A stretch of 53,613 nt of DNA, taken from assembly GCA_947463395.1 (NCBI GenBank), contig CANHRV010000001.1, forward strand, positions 1 to 53,613, given 5' to 3'. The translations under genes were made by a program, and so were the position numbers. Of the stretch, positions 18,170-29,327 are shown one piece after another. How positions within the stretch are numbered: position 1 is the stretch's first letter; every line of letters starts with the position of its first letter. The DNA is from Opitutia bacterium (GTDB lineage Bacteria; Verrucomicrobiota; Verrucomicrobiia; Opitutales; UBA953). The notes under the pieces were generated by a model. The model ran no database searches. It had not been told where the DNA came from and saw only the letters and a program-made list of their open reading frames with translations.

Positions 18170-18667
18170 TTACATCTTAGCCTGAATAATCTCTTGGATA
18201 TTCCCCGTTTTTAGACCTTCGGGGTTAACATTCACCGTTGAAACACTGAAAGAAGTACTACGGCGTTTAAAGGTTAAGACGAAATTCGTAATCAAAGAAC
18301 TCTCTCCAGGGAAAAGTTCATTCTTTCTCTCAATCATACTGGTAACCAAATTTTCCGCCTGTTCGGCATCGGAGCCAGGAAGGGCGGCAATTTTGGCTTT
18401 TGCCTCTTTGATTTTTTCTGGTCCCTCAATGGCGGCGTTCCAAATCAAAATAGCGACATTCATGGCACCTTTCGCTGCCAAACGGTTATCTCCCGCTTGT
18501 TCGAGGAGGGGTTGGCTAAACTCCGCCAAGCGATCCGCAATGGTTTTTACTTTGGGACCTTTGTTCTCTTGAGGAGGAACTGGAGAACTGAAGTCTCTTT
18601 CAATGGGGCGTGGCTTTCGGTTGCCAAAAGCACCATTGGTTTGTCTGCGAGAGCGGGGGGAGGACAT
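18170..18667 (-). CDS. Hypothetical protein with a basic, disordered N-terminus
   Basis: ORF with ATG at 18667 (MSSPRSRRQ); the track ORF extends to 18718. No recognisable motif. Confidence 0.5.
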   Translation of the reverse strand: MSSPRSRRQTNGAFGNRKPRPIERDFSSPVPPQENKGPKVKTIADRLAEFSQPLLEQAGDNRLAAKGAMNVAILIWNAAIEGPEKIKEAKAKIAALPGSDAEQAENLVTSMIERKNELFPGESSLITNFVLTFKRRSTSFSVSTVNVNPEGLKTGNIQEIIQAKM

Positions 18668-18788
18668 GCGAAACCTTCTCCCGATTTCAATCAATACCCA
18701 CGGGCTGGGCAAGCCCATTCCCCTTGGGGCGTCCCTTGACAGTTGGCCAGAATCTAGCCACCCTGCCTAACATTGAACGTCAGCTCTC

Positions 18789-19310
18789 GTGTCTAATTAC
18801 AACAAAGTCATTCAAGCCCATCGCCGAGACCACCTCGCCAATCCCAAGTCTCTGCCCTCAGGCGTGCACCGATTTTTTGAAAGCACGATGATTCCTTTGC
18901 CGCTTGAGCAAGTCTTCGAATTTTTTTCCAAAGCAGAAAATTTACAAAAAATTACTCCACCCGAATTAGATTTCAGAATTTTAACTCCTTTGCCGATTGT
19001 GATGGGGCAGGGCACGTTGATTAATTATAAATTGAAATTGCATGGTCTTCCTTTCGGTTGGCGCACCCGTATTATTCACTGGGATCCACCTCATGCTTTC
19101 GCCGATCAACAATTAAAAGGGCCTTATTCCCTTTGGTTACACTATCATAATTTTTATGATGAAGGAGGTAAGACGCGGATGGATGATGAAGTCCTTTACC
19201 GACTTCCTTTTTGGCCGATGGGCGAAATCGCTCATCCTTTCGTTCGCGGACAAATCGAAAAGATTTTTTGGTATCGCCGTAAAAGTATTCGCGAGTTGCT
19301 AAAAGTTTAG
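18789..19310 (+). CDS. SRPBCC-superfamily ligand-binding protein (COG4276-like)
   Basis: LPLEQVFEFFSKAENLQKITPPELDFRIL, FADQQLKGPYSLWLHYHNF and GGKTRMDDEVLYRLPF. Confidence 0.65.
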   Translation: MSNYNKVIQAHRRDHLANPKSLPSGVHRFFESTMIPLPLEQVFEFFSKAENLQKITPPELDFRILTPLPIVMGQGTLINYKLKLHGLPFGWRTRIIHWDPPHAFADQQLKGPYSLWLHYHNFYDEGGKTRMDDEVLYRLPFWPMGEIAHPFVRGQIEKIFWYRRKSIRELLKV

Positions 19311-19957
19311 GCGTGTCGCGAGAGAACCTCGGGTAATTCAGATAAGGCGTAAATAAAAACGTCCGCGCCAGCTTTGACTTTGGGGCGGACGGCGTAGCGA
19401 CCGAAGCCGATAAAGGTATCGAGGTCTTCTTTGACTTCCAAGTCACTGGCTCCATCGCCGACCAAAATCACAGGTTTCGCCTGAAACTCGTTACGCAACT
19501 TTCGGGCGATAACATTTTTACCTTTGGTTTTGGAAGTGGGGCATGACTCGTTGTAGCCGGCATAACTTCCATCGCTTTTGAATTTTAAATCCACCGCCTC
19601 GACTCGTTCGATACCGAGATAATCAGCCAAGGGGCGAATGGCTTGGGTGAAGCCACCGCTAACAATCGCTATCGTCCATCCCGCTCGACGAAGGGCTTTT
19701 AAACTTTCCACAGCTGTGGGTTCAACTTGTGCAATGTACTTTTGTCCAATGGACTCGAGTTCAGCGAGGGTGGGCTGAATCATCTCCAAGCGTTTAGCAA
19801 AAACGGATTCCATGGGGGTTCCGCCATTCATCGCCGCATTGGTCATCTCTTCGACCGCCTTGAAAACTTCGGGTCCACGGAGTCGACCCAATTCATCCAC
19901 CCCTTCGATGGCCGAGAGGGTTGAGTCACAATCAAAGAGTAGAAGTTTGGCTGCCAC
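19307..19957 (-). CDS. serB: HAD-IB hydrolase, phosphoserine phosphatase-like
   Basis: HAD motif I LLLFDCDSTLS, motif II VSGGF and motif IV VGDGASDLE. Confidence 0.7.
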   Translation of the reverse strand: MAAKLLLFDCDSTLSAIEGVDELGRLRGPEVFKAVEEMTNAAMNGGTPMESVFAKRLEMIQPTLAELESIGQKYIAQVEPTAVESLKALRRAGWTIAIVSGGFTQAIRPLADYLGIERVEAVDLKFKSDGSYAGYNESCPTSKTKGKNVIARKLRNEFQAKPVILVGDGASDLEVKEDLDTFIGFGRYAVRPKVKAGADVFIYALSELPEVLSRHA

Positions 19958-20007
19958 GATGCACTACAAGACCCAAAGACCCGAAGGTCAAGTATCGCTC
20001 TAAGGTC

Positions 20008-22044
<2,037 letters not shown>

Positions 22045-22202
22045 TTAAGCTTTAGGAGGTAAAAGGGGAAGACGATAGATGGTTTTTTTACGAGTTTTGC
22101 TGTCATTTTTCTTTGGTCAAAAGAGCGATTGAAGGGTTCGCTAAAGTCTAAACCTTAGAAAATCGAGATGGTCAGCCTGAACGGTTAGATAACCTCGTCT
22201 CG

Positions 22203-22613
22203 ATGTCATGGCATGAGCTTCGTCGGTGGCTTTTGAGTTGCTTTAAGCCCCAAACTCTCGGGGAGAGAGGTGAACGCTTGGCGGAAAAGTATTACCGCAA
22301 TCAAGGTTGTACCATTTTGGCACGCAACTGGCGTTCGGGTGTCGATGAATTAGACTTGGTGGTTCTTGATGGGGTAGTTCTGGTTTTTGTAGAGGTGAAA
22401 ACCCGAACGGCTGACTGGGGTGGGGCAGGGTATCGTGCGGTGAACTATCGAAAAAAGAGGGCTTTGCAGAGAGCGGCGATGGCCTGGTTGAGGCAAATTG
22501 GGGGTGCTCCTCACACTCGATTTGATGTCATAGAGGTTATGGTTTGCCAAGGGGGCACCGTCCGTTTGCTTCAACACCGGGGTATACCCCTTTTTCGCAA
22601 GCATTCCTTTTGA
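22203..22613 (+). CDS. yraN: YraN-family (UPF0102) putative endonuclease
   Basis: GERGERLAEKYYRNQGCTILARNWR, DELDLVV, LVFVEVKTR and RFDVIEV. Confidence 0.8.
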   Translation: MSWHELRRWLLSCFKPQTLGERGERLAEKYYRNQGCTILARNWRSGVDELDLVVLDGVVLVFVEVKTRTADWGGAGYRAVNYRKKRALQRAAMAWLRQIGGAPHTRFDVIEVMVCQGGTVRLLQHRGIPLFRKHSF

Positions 22614-22618
22614 ATCCG

Positions 22619-24163
22619 ATGTCCGACACCGACCGTCATCCCTTTCTCGCTGGTTTGAGTAAGCACCGTGGAGCCCAGCCTACTTGCTTGGTTATCTTTG
22701 GTGCCTCTGGCGACTTGGCTGCACGCAAACTCTTGCCCGCTCTTTATAATTTGGCGGTCGATAGTTTATTGCCTGCGGATTTCACCTTAATTGGTTTTGG
22801 ACGAAAGCCTATTCCCGATGCAGAGTTTCGACAAAGTTCCTCGAGTGACATCGAAAAGTTTTCCCGACGTGAATACCGCAAAGATATTTGGAAACGGGTT
22901 TGCGATCATACTTATTATCAAGCGGGTGGTTATGATGAGTTTGCGGCTTATGAAGGATTAAAAGCTAAAATTGCGTCAGCGGAGAAGACGGCGGGGCGTC
23001 CTTTACAGGTGGTCTTTTATATTTCAACCCCACCGACTGTTTTTGAAGCGATTTTAGAAAATCTGGGAAAGTCTGGTTTAGCATCGCGTGGTCTAGGCAC
23101 CGCCTTGGAAAGTAAAGTGATTATCGAAAAGCCCTTTGGACGAGATCTTGCTTCGGCTGTGCAACTAAACACGGTTGCTGCTCGTCATTTCCAAGAGCCT
23201 CAAATCTACCGTATCGATCACTATCTCGGTAAAGAGACGGTGCAGGACTTATTGGTGCAACGCTTCGCCAATCCTATTTTAGAACCCCTCTGGAATAATC
23301 GTCACGTCGACCATGTTCAAATCACCGTCGCGGAAGAGTTGGGCGTCGGTTCTCGCGGTGGATACTACGATCACAGCGGTGCCACTCGGGATATGTTGCA
23401 AAATCATACGATGCAACTGTTGGCGTTAACCGCCATGGACCAGCCTGCTTCACTTTCGGCTGAGCATATTCGTGATGAAAAAGTTAAGTTACTTCAATCG
23501 GTTCAACCACTGCGTTTAGGTTCGGGTGGTGACGCGGTACGAGCCTACTATACGGCAGGTCTGTCGGGTGGCGAAAACGTGGTCGGTTATCACCAAGAAA
23601 AAGATATTCCTGCTTCATCATTCACCGAGACTTTTTGTGCACTCAAACTTTCCATCGATAATGCTCGTTGGAGTGGCGTTCCTTTCTATATGCGTTCGGG
23701 TAAACGTCTTGCTCGAAGGGTTTCGGAGATTGCCGTGCAATTTAAGCAGCCTGTTTCGGGCTTGTTTGCTGGCGATTCGCGTTACGACATCGCTCCCAAT
23801 CGATTAGTGATTCAAATCCAGCCCGATGAAGGAATGACTTTGGTTCTTAATTCGAAAGTTCCAGGTTTGGAGCCTCGCACTCAACCAGTACGATTGAGTT
23901 TCCGTTACGCTACGACTTATGGATCCAATACGCCAGAAGCCTATGAGCGTTTGATTTTAGATGCGATTGTCGGTGATCGCACTTTGTTTATTCGAGGAGA
24001 TGAAACCGAAGCCTCTTGGCGTCTCTTCACCCCGCTTCTGCAATCATGGGAAAGAGAGGGTAAGCAAAATCTGGAAACTTACGCTGCCGGCTCTTGGGGT
24101 CCCTCTGGTGCGGATGTCTTATTGGCCGCTCAAGGTCACGCTTGGCGTAACGCGGGTCGTTAA
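22619..24163 (+). CDS. zwf: Glucose-6-phosphate 1-dehydrogenase
   Basis: LVIFGASGDLAARKLLPALY, EKPFG and RIDHYLGKE. ATG at 22619 lies 5 nt after the yraN stop. Confidence 0.93.
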   Translation: MSDTDRHPFLAGLSKHRGAQPTCLVIFGASGDLAARKLLPALYNLAVDSLLPADFTLIGFGRKPIPDAEFRQSSSSDIEKFSRREYRKDIWKRVCDHTYYQAGGYDEFAAYEGLKAKIASAEKTAGRPLQVVFYISTPPTVFEAILENLGKSGLASRGLGTALESKVIIEKPFGRDLASAVQLNTVAARHFQEPQIYRIDHYLGKETVQDLLVQRFANPILEPLWNNRHVDHVQITVAEELGVGSRGGYYDHSGATRDMLQNHTMQLLALTAMDQPASLSAEHIRDEKVKLLQSVQPLRLGSGGDAVRAYYTAGLSGGENVVGYHQEKDIPASSFTETFCALKLSIDNARWSGVPFYMRSGKRLARRVSEIAVQFKQPVSGLFAGDSRYDIAPNRLVIQIQPDEGMTLVLNSKVPGLEPRTQPVRLSFRYATTYGSNTPEAYERLILDAIVGDRTLFIRGDETEASWRLFTPLLQSWEREGKQNLETYAAGSWGPSGADVLLAAQGHAWRNAGR

Positions 24164-24168
24164 AAACG

Positions 24169-25137
24169 ATGGCACATCCCATTTTAGATACTCTTCCAGG
24201 TTTCCCGCATAAAGTCTCTGCTGCTTTAACAGCCTTGGATAAGGCGTGGGCGGAGGAGGGTGAGGAAGCGGCGCGTGCCTCACAAATGAATCTGGTGCTA
24301 ATGTTCGGTGCGGGAGTGAAACCTGAGGATGCTCAAGCACGCTTTGATGAAGCCGTGCTCTTTGCTCAGCGCTATCCTTGTCGAGTGATTGTTCTGGCAG
24401 CACGTTCTGCGGCGGAATCAAAAGCTCCACTCGAAGCGAAAGTTAATGTCGTTTGTTTTTTTGATCCTGCTCGACGTGGCAAACGTTGCTGTGAGGCGCT
24501 GATGTTGGCGCATGGTAAACCTTCTAATGAAATTGAATCGCTCGTCTCCACGTGGCTCGAAGGCGATCTCCCCGTTAACTTGTGGGTGCACGGTGTGACG
24601 GATGAGGAAATGGATCCGTGGTTGTCCTGGACCCAACGTTGTCGACGTATTGTTGCGGATCGCAGTTTAATCGGAAACGATTTCTTTTCTTTGCCTTTCC
24701 CTAAGCCCTCCTGTGTTCGCGATCTCTCGGTGGCACGTTGTTTACCCGTAAGGCAAGCTTTAGGACAATTTTTAGCTGCGCATTCGCCAGAGTTATTGGT
24801 TCGCGGACTGAAGTCTGTTACCCTCAATCACACGCCCTCGATGCGAGGCGAAGCCGCAGGTTTGTTGAATTGGATGCGTGATTGTCTGCAAGGCTGTAGT
24901 CGCGTTTCTGGTCTACCTTTGCAGGCCACTTTTGAACTCTCAGAAGAGGCACCCGTGGGTGATAATCTCGATGCCGAGTGGAGTTATGAAGATGGAAGCC
25001 ATTTTTCCTGGGAGCATGCGGAGCAGGGCACTTGGGCGGGCTTAAAATTTAGTCACGACAATACCGTTGAGTCTATGGCTCAACGCGTGGCTTTCATGGG
25101 TCCCTCGGAAGCTCTCTCCGAAGCAATTTTCTTCTAA
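24169..25137 (+). CDS. opcA: OpcA-like glucose-6-phosphate dehydrogenase assembly protein
   Basis: Starts 5 nt after zwf. MNLVLMF...QRYPCRVIVLA resembles the actinobacterial OpcA segment ...LTLII...EHPCRVIVV (recalled, not searched). Confidence 0.6.
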   Translation: MAHPILDTLPGFPHKVSAALTALDKAWAEEGEEAARASQMNLVLMFGAGVKPEDAQARFDEAVLFAQRYPCRVIVLAARSAAESKAPLEAKVNVVCFFDPARRGKRCCEALMLAHGKPSNEIESLVSTWLEGDLPVNLWVHGVTDEEMDPWLSWTQRCRRIVADRSLIGNDFFSLPFPKPSCVRDLSVARCLPVRQALGQFLAAHSPELLVRGLKSVTLNHTPSMRGEAAGLLNWMRDCLQGCSRVSGLPLQATFELSEEAPVGDNLDAEWSYEDGSHFSWEHAEQGTWAGLKFSHDNTVESMAQRVAFMGPSEALSEAIFF

Positions 25138-25139
25138 GA

Positions 25140-25751
25140 TTAAAAACGTACGCCACTTTGCTTTAGCCAATCGACCATTTGCTGGAAAGCTTTGGCGCGA
25201 TGACTGATTCGATCTTTTTCGCTCGGTGAAAGTTCACCAAACGTTTTATCAAATCCACTCGGGACAAAAAGAGAATCATAACCAAAACCTTCGGTGCCGA
25301 CTTCTTGTTCAAGGATTCGGCCCCAGCATTGACCAAGAAATTTCTGCTCCTCTCGATTTGGTCCCAGTAAAAGCAAGTGGCATTCGAAGCGTGCTCCGCG
25401 TTGATGAGCGGGGGCTTTTTTTAAAGCACTTAAAAGTTTCTGACGGTTCTGTGCATCGGAGGCACCTTTGCCTGCATAGACAGCGGAATCAACGCCCGGT
25501 CCGCCTTGTAAAGCATCACAGCATAAACCGCTATCGTCTGCCAGTACCCACGATTTGGCAGGGGCGATTCGACGCAGGGCTTCGCCTTTTAAGCGACAGT
25601 TGCCAGTAAAGGTGCCAGTGATTTCTTCAACATAGGGCATGCCACCCAGCTCTTTGGCGGAATGAACGCGAATGGGTAATCCCACTCGATTAAACATTCG
25701 CCCAAATTCCTCTGCCTTATGGGTATTACCAGTGGCTAAATAAAGATGCAT
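25140..25751 (-). CDS. rdgB: Non-canonical purine NTP pyrophosphatase (dITP/XTP), RdgB/HAM1 family
   Basis: LATGNTHKAEEF, ADDSGLCCDAL, GPGVDSA and FGYDSLFVP. Confidence 0.88.
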   Translation of the reverse strand: MHLYLATGNTHKAEEFGRMFNRVGLPIRVHSAKELGGMPYVEEITGTFTGNCRLKGEALRRIAPAKSWVLADDSGLCCDALQGGPGVDSAVYAGKGASDAQNRQKLLSALKKAPAHQRGARFECHLLLLGPNREEQKFLGQCWGRILEQEVGTEGFGYDSLFVPSGFDKTFGELSPSEKDRISHRAKAFQQMVDWLKQSGVRF

Positions 25752-25860
25752 GGGGTGACAGTGGTTTGGAAAGGTAAATGGGTAAAGTTTTATGGCGCTT
25801 TTTGTTTAGGCTTCGCTCTCGCCCTTGACCTCTTTTTATGGCCTAATTTGCTTGGTCACA

Positions 25861-26514
25861 ATGTCTATCCGCTGTCTCATCACTGCTGGTCCAACGCGCG
25901 AGTTTTTTGATCCCGTGCGTTTTATCAGTAATCCCTCCTCGGGGAAAATGGGTTTTGCTTTAGCCGAAGCAGCGTCAGCTCAAGGTTGGACAGTTGATTT
26001 AGTCGCTGGACCTGTTGCTTTGCCTGAACCTGGAGGGGTGATGCTTTACCCCGTTGTGACCGCGGAGGAAATGTTGCGACAAACCGATGCTTTATTCGGT
26101 CCTTGCGATGTTTTAATCATGACCGCGGCAGTCAGTGATTGGCGTCCCAAAAATTGCTTACCCGAGAAATTAAAAAAAACCGGGAAAAATCTAACCGTCG
26201 AATTAGAGCCCGTTCCTGATATTTTGGCAACCTTGGCTCAACGTCGACGACCCGACCAACTCCTCGTTGGGTTTGCCGCTGAAACCGAATCGGTTGAAGA
26301 AAACGCACGACTTAAGCTTACACAGAAGAAAATCGATTTCATTGCAGCGAACTCAGTTGCTGGTTCTTCCGGTGCTTTTGGTCGAGATGACAATCAATTA
26401 ATTCTTCTCGGTCACGAAGGCTATCGTCGTGTGATTGGTCCAGCTTCTAAAAAAATCGTCGCCCAAAAACTCATTGCTGAACTGAGTGCGGCTTTGGCAA
26501 CTCGTTCTTGTTGA
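25861..26514 (+). CDS. coaB: Phosphopantothenate--cysteine ligase, stand-alone CoaB domain
   Basis: [40 protein letters not shown] and GFAAET. There is no flavoprotein (CoaC) domain upstream; only about 109 nt separate it from rdgB. Confidence 0.85.
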   Translation: MSIRCLITAGPTREFFDPVRFISNPSSGKMGFALAEAASAQGWTVDLVAGPVALPEPGGVMLYPVVTAEEMLRQTDALFGPCDVLIMTAAVSDWRPKNCLPEKLKKTGKNLTVELEPVPDILATLAQRRRPDQLLVGFAAETESVEENARLKLTQKKIDFIAANSVAGSSGAFGRDDNQLILLGHEGYRRVIGPASKKIVAQKLIAELSAALATRSC

Positions 26515-26515
26515 T

Positions 26516-27685
26516 ATGGCTAATCGTCGCTTTAGTCCACTGGATCGAGTTCTCGGCCGAATCGATGGGTTAGATGCCCAAAATTTGGCTATCTTAGCTC
26601 GACGTTTGGAGCGCGAGCGCGACTTGATGGAGACGGTTTTGGACACCCTGCGCGAAGGGGTGATTGTTTTAGCAGCCGATGGCTCGATTGATTATGCGAA
26701 CTCAGCAGCGGTACGTTTGTTAGGTGTGAGCAACGAAGCCGTCACTGGTGCTGAATTGCGTCGATTATCTCCTGATATCGCCCAAGCCCTTTCTTTACCT
26801 GTTGAAGCCGAGGCAGTGAATCGGGAGATCGAAGTGCGTTATCCTGAGCCTCGTGTCTTAAGATTACACCTCGCTAAGGTTGGTGGTATACATGATTCTG
26901 ATCGGGCGAGAAGTGTGGCGGTTTTGAGCGATATAACGACAGAACGCGTACAAACAGAATCGCGTGTCGAAAGTGAGCGAATTGATTCGATTGTCGCTTT
27001 AGCTGCAGGGGTAGCTCACGAAGTAGGCAATCCACTTAATGCCATTGGCATTCATTTACAGTTATTGCAACGAGAGGCAGAAAAGTTGGGCGACTCGGCG
27101 GCTGCGAAAAAAGTCCGTGAAGCTGCCGAAGTTTGTCAGTCGGAGATTCAGCGCCTAGACGGAATTGTTCGTGATTTTCTTGGAGCAATTAGACCAGCTT
27201 CACCGAACCTCACGGACACCGATGTGGTTGCGGTCGTTGCGGAAGCGATGACTTTGCTACAGGACCAGTTAAAACAATTGGGTGTGCGTATCTCGGTCGA
27301 TGTCGCTAGCGAAGTACCTTTGATTTTGGCGGATCGTAATCAAATCAAACAAGCTCTTTTTAATGTTTTAAAAAACTCTCTCGAGGCGATGGATCGAGGT
27401 GGTGACATCTTCATTAAGATTTCTTCGGATGACGATTGGGTCGTTTTAGCCGTTAAAGACACGGGCGTTGGGATTCCTGCCGATAAATTGACGCGAGTTT
27501 TTGATGCCTATTATACGACCAAGGAGTCGGGCGGCGGTTTAGGTATGCTGATTTTACTCAAGATATTAAGAGCTCATGGAGGCACGGTGGATATTCAAAG
27601 CACTCCACAGGTCGGTACCACGGTCACTTTGCGCTTTCCCCTCAAACATCGTCGGGTGCGTACTTTGGATGCACCTCGGGCTTGA
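26516..27685 (+). CDS. Soluble PAS-domain sensor histidine kinase (NtrB-like)
   Basis: PAS (LREGVIVLAADGSIDYANSAA), H-box AGVAHEVGNPLN, N-box LFNVLKNSLEAM and G-boxes DTGVGI and GGGLGM. No TM segment. ATG lies 1 nt after the coaB stop. Confidence 0.85.
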   Translation: MANRRFSPLDRVLGRIDGLDAQNLAILARRLERERDLMETVLDTLREGVIVLAADGSIDYANSAAVRLLGVSNEAVTGAELRRLSPDIAQALSLPVEAEAVNREIEVRYPEPRVLRLHLAKVGGIHDSDRARSVAVLSDITTERVQTESRVESERIDSIVALAAGVAHEVGNPLNAIGIHLQLLQREAEKLGDSAAAKKVREAAEVCQSEIQRLDGIVRDFLGAIRPASPNLTDTDVVAVVAEAMTLLQDQLKQLGVRISVDVASEVPLILADRNQIKQALFNVLKNSLEAMDRGGDIFIKISSDDDWVVLAVKDTGVGIPADKLTRVFDAYYTTKESGGGLGMLILLKILRAHGGTVDIQSTPQVGTTVTLRFPLKHRRVRTLDAPRA

Positions 27686-27715
27686 AACTTCGTGTAATCT
27701 CTTCACTTTAAGAGT

Positions 27716-28588
27716 GTGAAAGTGATTCGAGCTAAGTCTGCTGGATTTTGCTGGGGCGTGGAACGGGCAATCGATATTGCTCGCGAATACGCTCATCAAG
27801 GACGTTACCCCGTCTATACGGATGGTCCGCTCATTCATAATCGCCAGATGATGGATGTTTTAACTCAAGAAGGTATTCGTGAAGTAGGGGATTATCGCAG
27901 TCAGTCGCCCTTGAATGTTTCAAGTGAAGGTCAGGATCAGGCAGTCATGGTCGTTCGTGCCCACGGAATTTCTCCTGAACGCCGTGCTTATTTGAAATCT
28001 TTGGGCATGGAGTTTCGCGATGCGACCTGTCCCGATGTGGGAATTATTGCTGGCAAGGTTCGCCTTCATGCCAAAAAAGGTTTTGCCACGGTAATCTTTG
28101 GTGATCCAAAACACCCCGAGGTGATTGGTCTTTTGGGTTATGCCGAAAATCGTGGTCATGTTATCACTTCGATTGCCGACATTGATGCTTTACCCCCGCT
28201 GGGTGAAAAAGTCTGTATGGTTTCACAGTCTACTATGTTCACCGATGAATTTGAAAAATTAGCGGCACATCTACGCGCTCGATACCCTGCGGTGGAAATT
28301 TTTGATACCATTTGTGGTGCCACGAAGGATCGCCAATCCGATGTTGTCGAATTAGCTAAACAAGGGTGTGAAGCGATTGTGGTGATTGGCGGTCGTCACT
28401 CCGCCAATACGGTCAAACTCGCCAAACTCGTTGAGCGACAAGGCTTGCCTTGTTTTCACGTCGAGACGGCTGCTGAACTCGATTTCCCGACTATACAACG
28501 TTATCAGGTTGTTGGGGTGACGGCAGGAGCCTCTACTCCCGCCTTCTTGATTGATGAAGTTTGTGAAAAGTTGGCAAAATTGCCCTAA
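27716..28588 (+). CDS. ispH: 4-hydroxy-3-methylbut-2-enyl diphosphate reductase
   Basis: AGFCWGVERAI, VRAHG, ATCPDV, SQSTM and GGRHSANT. GTG start. Confidence 0.92.
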   Translation: MKVIRAKSAGFCWGVERAIDIAREYAHQGRYPVYTDGPLIHNRQMMDVLTQEGIREVGDYRSQSPLNVSSEGQDQAVMVVRAHGISPERRAYLKSLGMEFRDATCPDVGIIAGKVRLHAKKGFATVIFGDPKHPEVIGLLGYAENRGHVITSIADIDALPPLGEKVCMVSQSTMFTDEFEKLAAHLRARYPAVEIFDTICGATKDRQSDVVELAKQGCEAIVVIGGRHSANTVKLAKLVERQGLPCFHVETAAELDFPTIQRYQVVGVTAGASTPAFLIDEVCEKLAKLP

Positions 28589-28691
28589 TCTAGTATCTCT
28601 AATTATAAATTTCACGGTTTTTTGTATTAATTAAAAAATCAGTTGGCCTTGCGAAGGGGGAGGGGTGGCTTATTTTGAAAAGGAAATCACT

Positions 28692-29291
28692 ATGTCACTC
28701 GTCGCCATCATCCTGCTTGTTTTCCTGGGTATCCTTGTTTTCGCCGCCATTTTCTTGGTCGGCATTTATAACACTTTGGTCGCTTTGCGAAATCGTTTTC
28801 GCAACAGCTTTGCTCAGGTCGATGTCCAGTTAAAGCGTCGGTACGACCTGATTCCTAATTTAGTCGAAACAGCCAAAGGCTACATGGCCCATGAGCGTGG
28901 AACGCTTGACGCTGTCATCAGTGCTCGTGCTAAAGCAACGCAAGCGAACATCAAATTTGCTGGTAATCCTACGGATCCAGCAGCGATGCGTGAACTCGCT
29001 GAAGCTGAATCGGGCCTCTCAGGTGCACTCGGTCGTTTAATGGTAGTTTCGGAAAACTATCCTCAGTTAAAGGCTGATTCGACAATGAATCATTTGATGG
29101 AAGAGTTAACTTCTACCGAAAACCGTATCGCTTTTTCTCGTCAGGCCTACAACGACGCTGTTCTTGATTATAATAATAATCGAGAAGTCTTCCCTAATCT
29201 TCTTTTTGCTGGTGCCTTTGGTTTTACCCCTGCCGAGTTATTTAAGATTGAGAGTGAACAAGAGCGTGCTGCACCCAAGGTCGCTTTTTGA
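28692..29291 (+). CDS. lemA: LemA family protein
   Basis: Single N-terminal TM, then YNTLVALRNRFRNSFAQVDVQLKRRYDLIPNLVETAKGYMAHE. ATG at 28692 follows AAGGAAA; the track ORF starts at GTG 28665. Confidence 0.88.
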   Translation: MSLVAIILLVFLGILVFAAIFLVGIYNTLVALRNRFRNSFAQVDVQLKRRYDLIPNLVETAKGYMAHERGTLDAVISARAKATQANIKFAGNPTDPAAMRELAEAESGLSGALGRLMVVSENYPQLKADSTMNHLMEELTSTENRIAFSRQAYNDAVLDYNNNREVFPNLLFAGAFGFTPAELFKIESEQERAAPKVAF

Positions 29292-29327
29292 CCTAAAAAC
29301 TGACTCATTGGAGTCAGTTAACAGACG

